Virus record (IMG/VR): IMGVR_UViG_3300044951_001798
Coordinates: 1 to 53,627 of that record
From: a virus
Lineage: Duplodnaviria; Caudoviricetes
DNA: 53,627 nt
Reading direction: 5' to 3' (one strand)
Both the position numbers and the translations under genes were made by a program. Shown here piece by piece: positions 26,494 through 33,924 of the stretch (positions within the stretch are counted from its first letter, which is position 1; every line of letters starts with the position of its first letter). The notes under the pieces were generated by a model. It was given only the letters and a program-made list of their open reading frames with translations. It did no database searches and was not told the origin of the DNA.

Positions 26494-26847
26494 TTAAGGA
26501 TGGACGGTCATTGATTCGACTGCAAATGTCTTTCGAGATTTCCACTCAGCTTTTTTGCCTGGATTGAAATTATTCACAGGTCTGTAATAGCCAACTGAAC
26601 GCGAATACACCTCCGTTCGAGGATTAAACACCGGAGACTTTGCGTAGCAGCCATCGCATTTCATCAGATACTCAGTCGGTGAGTGCCAGTCTGCCGGTGG
26701 CTGGAATACTGCGCCGCCAATGATAGTTGTTTCATTGCTGTCCTGAGCTGCCGTGACAATGACAGATGAATGACAGTCCATACATTCACCCTCGAAAATG
26801 AAAGGATTCTGTATTCTAAGCAATTCTTTTAGTCTTTCAAGTTTCAA
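26494..26847 (-). CDS. Stand-alone NrdD-type zinc-ribbon / glycyl-radical domain protein
   Basis: CMDC..CDGC..TEVYSRSVGYYRPVNNFNPGKKAEWKSRKTF matches the class III RNR C-terminus; GGGAGG RBS before TTG at 26847. Confidence 0.8.
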   Translation of the reverse strand: MKLERLKELLRIQNPFIFEGECMDCHSSVIVTAAQDSNETTIIGGAVFQPPADWHSPTEYLMKCDGCYAKSPVFNPRTEVYSRSVGYYRPVNNFNPGKKAEWKSRKTFAVESMTVHP

Positions 26848-26849
26848 AT

Positions 26850-27074
26850 TTAAAAGCCTCCCTTGATGTTCGCCCACATTCTCACCCCAATCCATGCCAG
26901 CATTGCCATTGCAGGATGCCCTTTACTCGCTATACAGCGTCTTAACTCACGATCCGCTGCAAGACGTATAGCTGCTGATTTACTTTCCAAAGCAAGCACA
27001 CAGCCCGCATCATGCGCCTGTCAGCACTCTATCCAGTTTCCGTTTGGGAATCCTGTACAGCGGTTATCCTGCAT
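26850..27074 (-). CDS. PLA2-like CCxxHD protein with in-frame TGA (candidate selenoprotein, or pseudogene)
   Basis: MQDNRCTGFPNGNWIEC*QAHDAGCVLALESKSAAIRLAADRELRRCIASKGHPAMAMLAWIGVRMWANIKGGF; TGA at 27021-27023; fills the gap between coupled neighbours exactly. Confidence 0.7.
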
Positions 27075-27693
27075 TGATAATATCTTTCTTCGCCCAGGTA
27101 TCCGCAAGGAACATCTGTCCCCACACAAAAACCTCGGCAATCATCTGACTTGCGGCTGCAAGTGAAACATCATGGACTGCATTATCATAATCCCTGATTG
27201 ATACAGTCGAAGGTTGAAACGCTGATAACCCTACCATTAATTGAGTCCATCGAACTAACGATGTCTCGTCAACTTGCAACTTGATCCCATTCGAGCAAGT
27301 CATTCCTGCGTCCTGAATTGCTTTTTGGGATATTGCAAGATTCGCAAGAGCCTTTTGCTTGTTGATCTCAATTATCTCTTCTGGAGTTTTTCCATAAAGT
27401 GGATCACGTTTTAACTCTTCCAAAGCATCTCGCTCAGCACGATTAAGATACTCAGGATTCTCTATGTATTCTTCATCTCCAGTATCATCGCTTCTCCCAA
27501 TAGAGATATATTTTGCATCAAAATACTCTTGACGGTATTTATTGATTTTCTCTTGAATAGCAAATTCAAGATTATTGGCTATAGCATTGTCAATCCAGGC
27601 TTGTGGGTCAACTATGCAGTGAGCGAGGATCGCGTTGTCTTCTGCAATCTGCTCAGGTGTTTTTGTGACTATGATCGGTTCTTCTATTGGCAT
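27064..27693 (-). CDS. Tail-fibre assembly / DUF4376-like protein
   Basis: C-terminal GIKLQVDETS..IRDYDNAVHDVS; follows a fibre gene. Confidence 0.6.
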   Translation of the reverse strand: MPIEEPIIVTKTPEQIAEDNAILAHCIVDPQAWIDNAIANNLEFAIQEKINKYRQEYFDAKYISIGRSDDTGDEEYIENPEYLNRAERDALEELKRDPLYGKTPEEIIEINKQKALANLAISQKAIQDAGMTCSNGIKLQVDETSLVRWTQLMVGLSAFQPSTVSIRDYDNAVHDVSLAAASQMIAEVFVWGQMFLADTWAKKDIINAG

Positions 27694-27708
27694 TTATTTT
27701 GCTCCTTT

Positions 27709-29397
27709 TTAGCAGACGAGATGGCCGGAAAAATAAGACTCGTCACCTATGTCAACTTGTTGAGTTCCAGAACCTTGATAAACTTCTATCTGTGCGGTAT
27801 CTCCAATATCCATATCAGCTAAAATCAAAAATGGAATATTCCATCGAACCAAAGCTCCCAAATCTACTGCAAATGAATGTCTGCGATTCGATGTTACCAA
27901 CTCAATAAGATAATACGTACTGACAGTATTGTTTAAATAAATAGCACCAAAAAGTGCATATTTACCAGTCATTGGTGCAGTAAGAGCATTTGAGGCAAAA
28001 TTATTAGATTGATCAAAAATTTCTGTCCCCCACACCACAACTACGCGTGATCCAACTGCGATATTTTCCTGGACCGACGCTGGTTTCACCAAAAACGCCG
28101 GTTGAGCAGTATTCACCCTCGGCACATTCAACTTCCTCGTCAAACTCCAACCAGTAGCAGGGTAACTCGCATTTAAAGCATTGGAGGATGAGTCATACCA
28201 AAGATTATTTTGAATTCCCTCTGGCTCCAGTGCGAGAGTTGCTCCTATTTTCACCAAAGAACTTGAATGCGCCCAATGAGTAGGAGTTGTTCCAGTCGCA
28301 ATGAATTCATTTCCTGTAACATTTGTACCACCAATATTAGTAAAATCGTCATCAGACACATAAGTATTGATTCTGTATTTGTAACCAACTACCAGTGTCC
28401 CACTTGTGATAGCTGTTTGTGATCCCCATTTGTCAGAATAACTAATCCCATTCCTGTACAAAGCAAGCACTTCCGCTGCTGTTAATGCTCGGTTGTAAGT
28501 GGCGGCGAAGGAGCAGGTTCCGGCATTCCTGGCATCGGAGTCTCCCATAACATATAAAGGATTTGTACTACTTAAACTTCCATGAGTATTTGCTTGAATA
28601 GTCAATGAAGTATCTAATACTCCATTAATATATAAAGAAGCATTTCCAGCGTTACTAACAGTCTCGCGCGTTATAGACCAAACAATTTCTGCAATAGTGG
28701 CATCTGGAATAGTATTAGCATTAGATTGTTGATAATAAAATGCACTTCCCACACCAGCAGGAAGAAACGTTGCCATTTTATTTGTGGTCAACACATATAA
28801 AACAAAATTGCCCTTTCCCAATAGTAATATTGATATTCCAGGTGTCCAATCCGGCAAGCTTCCTCTCCACACCAGAGTAAAGTTACCAGTCCCAAAATCA
28901 ATATTATCATTATCAGCAACCGTAATCCCACTACTCCCACTCGCAGCATAAGTCATATTCACCGCTTGATCTGGAAGTCTCGCAAGTACTGCATCCTGTG
29001 ACTTTGCATATGCTGTGGTTGCAAGTGCTGTTGTAGCAGTGTTATCTGCTGCTGTTGCTGTTGTGCAAGCTGTGAGGACACCAGCACTTGGTGTACCTAA
29101 GTTCGGTGTAATCAGCGCAGGAGACGTTAAAGGAGCCTTTGCGCTCAAAGCCACTGTTTCATCAACAGTCAGCGTTTTTGAAGTTGTTCCTCCAGCGAGG
29201 GTAAAGCCTATACTCAAAGCAGTTGGTGTTAAAGCATTCACTGTAGCTCCTGTAAGAGTTGCCCCTGATAACGATGCTTTAAGAGCCAGTGCGTCAAACA
29301 CACTATTCCCATTTGGAGCATGAGTAGTATCACCATCTGAAATACTCGAAGCAATTGAAATAGTCGAAGAGCCATATATACTGGATAGTATTGTCAT
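27709..29397 (-). CDS. Tail fibre / receptor-binding protein with LamG-like and C1q-like domains
   Basis: Thr/Ala-rich shaft; DFGTGNFT..LYING..YNRALTAAEV (LamG); PAF..FDQSNNF..TAPMTGKY..SYFSGHLV (C1q). Confidence 0.75.
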   Translation of the reverse strand: MTILSSIYGSSTISIASSISDGDTTHAPNGNSVFDALALKASLSGATLTGATVNALTPTALSIGFTLAGGTTSKTLTVDETVALSAKAPLTSPALITPNLGTPSAGVLTACTTATAADNTATTALATTAYAKSQDAVLARLPDQAVNMTYAASGSSGITVADNDNIDFGTGNFTLVWRGSLPDWTPGISILLLGKGNFVLYVLTTNKMATFLPAGVGSAFYYQQSNANTIPDATIAEIVWSITRETVSNAGNASLYINGVLDTSLTIQANTHGSLSSTNPLYVMGDSDARNAGTCSFAATYNRALTAAEVLALYRNGISYSDKWGSQTAITSGTLVVGYKYRINTYVSDDDFTNIGGTNVTGNEFIATGTTPTHWAHSSSLVKIGATLALEPEGIQNNLWYDSSSNALNASYPATGWSLTRKLNVPRVNTAQPAFLVKPASVQENIAVGSRVVVVWGTEIFDQSNNFASNALTAPMTGKYALFGAIYLNNTVSTYYLIELVTSNRRHSFAVDLGALVRWNIPFLILADMDIGDTAQIEVYQGSGTQQVDIGDESYFSGHLVC

Positions 29398-29408
29398 CTT
29401 ATTTCCTT

Positions 29409-31532
29409 TTAAAATGTAGAAGAACTCTGGACTGTACACGGATCAAATAAAGCATAAGAACTCCCACTTGCTCGCTTTGCGCAAATCCTGAAAACCAATA
29501 ACATATCGTCTGCTTTGGTATAGGATAAAGCTGATGATTGCCAGTCAGAACTATCAACCGCAATCCACTCTGCAAGTGGTGTATTCGACACAGAAACAAG
29601 CGGATCAGCAGCCAAACTAATAATCTGGAAATGTAGTCTTTGATCCGCTGTCAAGCCTGTCGCATCATGCTTTGCAAACACAGGAAACTGTAAATAATTA
29701 CTTCCTGTCCTGGATATTTCCCAGTCAAAGACATTCCAAAACCCGCCATCAACGTAATTGAATTTATGACTATACGCATGATTAGCAGGGACTACAGTTG
29801 TTTCATGGGTTAGTGTGCCACCAGCAGACCAGCCACGGGTATCGTTTGCAATCCCACCGTACTTGAATGCTCTTCCTCTGATCAGCGGCCCTGCGGTTAT
29901 GCCAGAGTATGTCACATCAGTTGTGTTGCCTGAAAATGAACCAAGAAATAAAAATCCTGCGTAGTTAACGCCGGAGGAACATCCAGAAATAACACCTGAT
30001 ACAGTATGGCCAGAGCCAGAGTTAACGCCGGAGGAACATCCAGAAATAACACCTGATACAGTATGGCCAGAGCCAAAGTTAACGCCGTAGGAACATCCAG
30101 AAATAACACCTGATACAGTATGGCCAGAACCATAGTTAACGCCGTTGAAACATCCAGAAATAACACCTGATACAGTATGGGCAGAGCCAGAGCTAACGCC
30201 GTAGGAACATCCAGAAATAACACCTGAGATAGTGTGACCAGAGCCAGAATTAACGCCGATGGTACAGCCAGAAACAACACCTGAGACGGTGTGACCAGAG
30301 CCAGTGTTAACGCCGGAGGAACATCCAGAAATAACACCTGATACAGTATGGCCAGAACCATAGTTAACGCCGGAGAAACATCCAGAAATAACACCTGATA
30401 CAGTATGGCCAGAACCACTATAAATAGCACTGTCTGCTCCAGAAATAGTCCCTGAAAAAGTATGGCCATAACCTTGGTTAACACAACGGGAATAAAAAGT
30501 TACACCAGTTCCACTACTATTTCTTAGCTCACAACCTATTTTATTCCCCGTGAACGTGCTTACCCCATAATCTATTATTGCCTGAGATGCGGAAGTGCCA
30601 GCAGATCGTACAGATACATTCCGGCTGATTAAGTGTATCTTTGCACCAGGATATTGAACAGAGTCCACATTCGCTGATAAAACAATTGTTCCAGCATTAA
30701 TTGTGGTTAGCTGTAATCTTTGCTGGTCATAATTTTGCGGCCCAGCGTTAGCCAGAACGACGTGATCGTGACCATCAGTTGTTACCCATCCTGTGACAGC
30801 CGTAACGTCATCCAGAACATTTATAGTGGCTGTACTGGTGCTGGTATGGCCGGTATAAACATCTATATCACCAGTGCCATCAGTGGTTAAATCAATTACC
30901 AGTCCCGCTGAATATGCAGCCAGCTTAAACGTATCAGTTGCGGTACTCACTACAAAGTATATCGTATCTGGTTGCAGCGGCGCAGGAAGTGTCCCAGATG
31001 ACATAATCATTACAGCCGTTGCATTCGCTAAGCCGTGACTGGTTTTGGTTAGGGTGTCAGCAGAAGCCGATCCCGTGACTCTGTGCTTAACGCCATAAGT
31101 TCTTACAGACTTGACCGACGGTTCATAATCATAGAGCATCAAGTCAAGATACAGAGCATCAATCTTGGATGTCCCCTGTAAATCAATTATTGCTTTATCT
31201 GCATACGGAAGTGCTGTTGTTCCTGCAAAGGTTCCTTCCGCATTAGCAACTAATTGTCCTCGATTCGCAAAGTTTGTTCCGACTAAATTATAACCAGTCC
31301 TGATTTTAAGATGTCCTGATGTTCCTGCCTTAAAATACAGCATTCCCGGAGTTGTGGCATGTCCTGATATTGTAACTGTTTGTAGTCCCGTGTATGCACT
31401 TAAGTCGTCATTCATCAGGACTTCATGACCTGCTGCAATCACAACAGCATCATTATCAGCAGGCTTAACCCCTCCTACCCAAGTTGCTCCTGTTGCCCAC
31501 GCTCCAGAGGCATTTGAAGTTATAGTCGCCAT
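29409..31532 (-). CDS. Tailspike-like protein with G8-like N-terminus and beta-helix repeats
   Basis: SGAW..ATWVGGVKP..DAVVIAAGH; HGL..GTLP..L..YFV..FKLA insert; 19-aa repeats. Confidence 0.7.
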   Translation of the reverse strand: MATITSNASGAWATGATWVGGVKPADNDAVVIAAGHEVLMNDDLSAYTGLQTVTISGHATTPGMLYFKAGTSGHLKIRTGYNLVGTNFANRGQLVANAEGTFAGTTALPYADKAIIDLQGTSKIDALYLDLMLYDYEPSVKSVRTYGVKHRVTGSASADTLTKTSHGLANATAVMIMSSGTLPAPLQPDTIYFVVSTATDTFKLAAYSAGLVIDLTTDGTGDIDVYTGHTSTSTATINVLDDVTAVTGWVTTDGHDHVVLANAGPQNYDQQRLQLTTINAGTIVLSANVDSVQYPGAKIHLISRNVSVRSAGTSASQAIIDYGVSTFTGNKIGCELRNSSGTGVTFYSRCVNQGYGHTFSGTISGADSAIYSGSGHTVSGVISGCFSGVNYGSGHTVSGVISGCSSGVNTGSGHTVSGVVSGCTIGVNSGSGHTISGVISGCSYGVSSGSAHTVSGVISGCFNGVNYGSGHTVSGVISGCSYGVNFGSGHTVSGVISGCSSGVNSGSGHTVSGVISGCSSGVNYAGFLFLGSFSGNTTDVTYSGITAGPLIRGRAFKYGGIANDTRGWSAGGTLTHETTVVPANHAYSHKFNYVDGGFWNVFDWEISRTGSNYLQFPVFAKHDATGLTADQRLHFQIISLAADPLVSVSNTPLAEWIAVDSSDWQSSALSYTKADDMLLVFRICAKRASGSSYALFDPCTVQSSSTF
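29958..30413 (-). repeat. Eight tandem 57-bp coding repeats (SGHTVSGVISGCxxGVNxG)
   Basis: GTTAACGCC recurs every 57 bp (29964, 30021, ...). Confidence 0.95.
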
Positions 31533-31542
31533 TTCAGCCTCC

Positions 31543-32268
31543 TTATTGAATGATTAACCCAGCAGAAACCCAGGTGATTGATGTTGCAAGAGCATTGACA
31601 TTAAGGCAAATAACATCCCCTGCTGTTACTGTTTTTGTCCACCCTGTCAAAGTCAAATCCTCAACCGTTTGAGCAGAGGAAAGAGTGATGGGCGCCGAAG
31701 CAGATATAATATCCGCAATAGTCGGGGGAAAGTTTGCAAAAGTATCTTTCCAAACTGCTATTTCTATGCTGCCTGAAACATCCGCCATTGCGTAAGCACC
31801 AATAATAGTTCCTGAATTTGCCACTCTGAAAAATGCTTTCTTCCCAGCGACTATTGGAAGTCCTCCACCATCAAAGACAACCCCTCTATATTTATTTTCT
31901 ACTGTAGTTACAGGCAAACCAATTTCTGAAACTATATCCCATCCGCGAGTACTGTCAACATACACAAGCTCAAATCCTGCGCCATTTAAATCAATCACAA
32001 GGTCTTCAGCAGCTCCCTCAATCTTATTCCCGTTCCTTGCAATAGTAATAACATTGGTTGTTGCTTTATTGTAAACATCACAAGCACTTACAGTGTCACC
32101 AGCACTGGGAGTCGCGGGCAAAGTTAACGTAACATTCCCTGCACTTGCATTTATTAAGTACCCATTTCCCGTGACAGCGTCCGTGTTACCTGTGATTATA
32201 CTCCATGTAATCCCGCCACCAGCATGAGTATGATCTGAATATGCCAGTTTCTTCCATGTAACAGCCAT
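31543..32268 (-). CDS. Fibre/baseplate-type structural protein starting MAVTWKKLAY
   Basis: TLTLPATPSAGDTV..TIARNGNKIEG..LVYVDSTRGW domain plus C-terminal jelly-roll. Confidence 0.65.
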   Translation of the reverse strand: MAVTWKKLAYSDHTHAGGGITWSIITGNTDAVTGNGYLINASAGNVTLTLPATPSAGDTVSACDVYNKATTNVITIARNGNKIEGAAEDLVIDLNGAGFELVYVDSTRGWDIVSEIGLPVTTVENKYRGVVFDGGGLPIVAGKKAFFRVANSGTIIGAYAMADVSGSIEIAVWKDTFANFPPTIADIISASAPITLSSAQTVEDLTLTGWTKTVTAGDVICLNVNALATSITWVSAGLIIQ

Positions 32269-32480
32269 CAGTCACCTCCAATAAACTTCTGATTAGCCAT
32301 TTCCACAGCCTCAGTTAAAAGCAATTGGAGAACAGTAATGACATGAGTGATAGGAAGTTTTGCCTCAGAAATAAATCCCACGAATCTATTATGAAGATTT
32401 CCCATTGTCTCAGAATTCTTATCCTCATAATTTTTAAGGATCATCTCCACAATTTCATTTGGTATTTGTCTTTCTTGCAT
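32268..32480 (-). CDS. Small helical protein (possible chaperone)
   Basis: GGAGG RBS; TGATG coupling. Confidence 0.5.
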   Translation of the reverse strand: MQERQIPNEIVEMILKNYEDKNSETMGNLHNRFVGFISEAKLPITHVITVLQLLLTEAVEMANQKFIGGD

Positions 32481-32589
32481 TCTCTTCCTCCTGCAATCTT
32501 CTCTGTTCTCGCAATTCTTTTAAGGACATTGGGGGTTTCACATCTTCTTTCTTCTTTTGTTCTTCCTCAAGAAGCTTTCCCCTCAACAT
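32455..32589 (-). CDS. Small charged protein (44 aa)
   Basis: AAGGAGG RBS; MLRGKLLEEEQKKKEDVKPPMSLKELREQRRLQEEENARKTNTK. Confidence 0.55.
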   Translation of the reverse strand: MLRGKLLEEEQKKKEDVKPPMSLKELREQRRLQEEENARKTNTK

Positions 32590-32598
32590 AAATCCTCC

Positions 32599-33129
32599 TT
32601 AAACAGCCACAGTGCAAATATGAAAAGTCAGTTCTGATGTTGCAAAGAGAATCTTCCCCACTACAGGAGTTGCATAAGCAGATACAGCCGCTTCGTTTGC
32701 CACAGCTTGAACAACGAAGTCTGTTCCTGAAGCTGCTTGTGTAGCCCACTCAAGCGCAGTTGCTCCTGTGTTTACTCTCAAAATCTGAAGTCCGGTTCCT
32801 TTGGCGAGTGTAGTCGCTGTCCCACTACCTGAACCAACAACCAGCATTCCAGCCGCAGTAAAATCACTCTCCATAACAGCGCCAGCAGCCGCTACATTGG
32901 TTGCATCAGTGACATCCGCTCCAGCCTCCACGTTAAGAATTGTAAGCGCCTCAGCAGCCGATAAAGCCACAATACCATCAGTTGATTTTCTACCCACTAT
33001 CGTTGATGCTGCCACAGTCAGAACTGTAGGAGTATTATCTGAATCTGCTCTCAAAATCGAATAAGCATCATAATCTGCTTTTGCTACCACATCCCCAGCA
33101 TACGCTAATTTTTTCCAAGTAACGGCCAT
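32599..33129 (-). CDS. Fibre-like structural protein starting MAVTWKKLAY
   Basis: EAGADVTDATNVAAAGAVM and GTGLQILRVNTGATALEW fibre motifs. Confidence 0.65.
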   Translation of the reverse strand: MAVTWKKLAYAGDVVAKADYDAYSILRADSDNTPTVLTVAASTIVGRKSTDGIVALSAAEALTILNVEAGADVTDATNVAAAGAVMESDFTAAGMLVVGSGSGTATTLAKGTGLQILRVNTGATALEWATQAASGTDFVVQAVANEAAVSAYATPVVGKILFATSELTFHICTVAV

Positions 33130-33148
33130 TTTCTTTAATTCCTTTTAT

Positions 33149-33505
33149 TTAAACACCAGTACAAACCATCACGCTTTTATCAACTGAATCATACCAAAGT
33201 CCGCCTTCTATATCCAAAATTGCAGCAATCGCTGGTGTCAACACAATCTGATTAAATTGAATCGGTTCGCTTTTGACTTCCCAAGCATTTTCAGTTTCAT
33301 TCCATCTAAGAAAATCTCCGGTTAGGTCTCCAGGGATAGCCCCAACTGCATCAACACCAGGAAGGCCGTCAATGCCTATGACTCCATTTATACCTGGGAT
33401 TCCTTGAGGCCCCCTTTCAATCACGCTTAAAACTGTAACGTCCCCTACAGTTGTAATGATCACATCGGGATTTGTTGTTGTACTTGTAATGAGTATATCA
33501 CTCAT
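33149..33505 (-). CDS. Short collagen-like fibre protein
   Basis: GPQGIPGINGVIGIDGLPG; GDFLRWN; GGLWYDS. Confidence 0.6.
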   Translation of the reverse strand: MSDILITSTTTNPDVIITTVGDVTVLSVIERGPQGIPGINGVIGIDGLPGVDAVGAIPGDLTGDFLRWNETENAWEVKSEPIQFNQIVLTPAIAAILDIEGGLWYDSVDKSVMVCTGV

Positions 33506-33513
33506 AAATCACC

Positions 33514-33912
33514 TCATCTAACGTTCGCCGCAACCAGGTTTGCGACTCCATATTGTTTAAAAACCGATTCCCCTGCGGGCGAAGTCAAAAACAAATCATA
33601 AGACGATATTAAATTTTTGTGCAGTGCGCATATCCCTGTTGTGTCTGTGTCGTTGACGTAAACCCTGTATTTTCCCTCGTCCGCCTCGTCAAGGTAAACC
33701 GCAGAATCACCGTCCGCCACCCAGGGACCCAGAGATTCCTCAATGGTAATCAACGCGGCTGTGTCTGTTATTTTCGCTCGGACGATCATTTTGGCGGAAA
33801 AACCTGTTAGGTCCACTTCAACGGCGGGATCACCGGTTTTCCACTGGAATGTCTGATCAAACGTGCCTGACTCGTAGATTGTAATCGGTACGTCAACGGC
33901 TATGCAGGTCAT
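33514..33912 (-). CDS. Baseplate upper / fibre-attachment (BppU-like) protein
   Basis: GTFDQTFQW..VDLTGFSAKMIVR..YDLFL. Confidence 0.6.
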   Translation of the reverse strand: MTCIAVDVPITIYESGTFDQTFQWKTGDPAVEVDLTGFSAKMIVRAKITDTAALITIEESLGPWVADGDSAVYLDEADEGKYRVYVNDTDTTGICALHKNLISSYDLFLTSPAGESVFKQYGVANLVAANVR

Positions 33913-33924
33913 CTAACTCTCCTT

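Noticed and set aside
29958-30413. DGR variable/template repeat pair
   Set aside because: Tandem in-gene repeats, almost no changes to G, synonymous changes in some copies, and no RT in the window.
29912-30484. 190-aa hydrophobic repeat ORF
   Set aside because: Alternative frame of the 57-bp repeats inside the tailspike gene.
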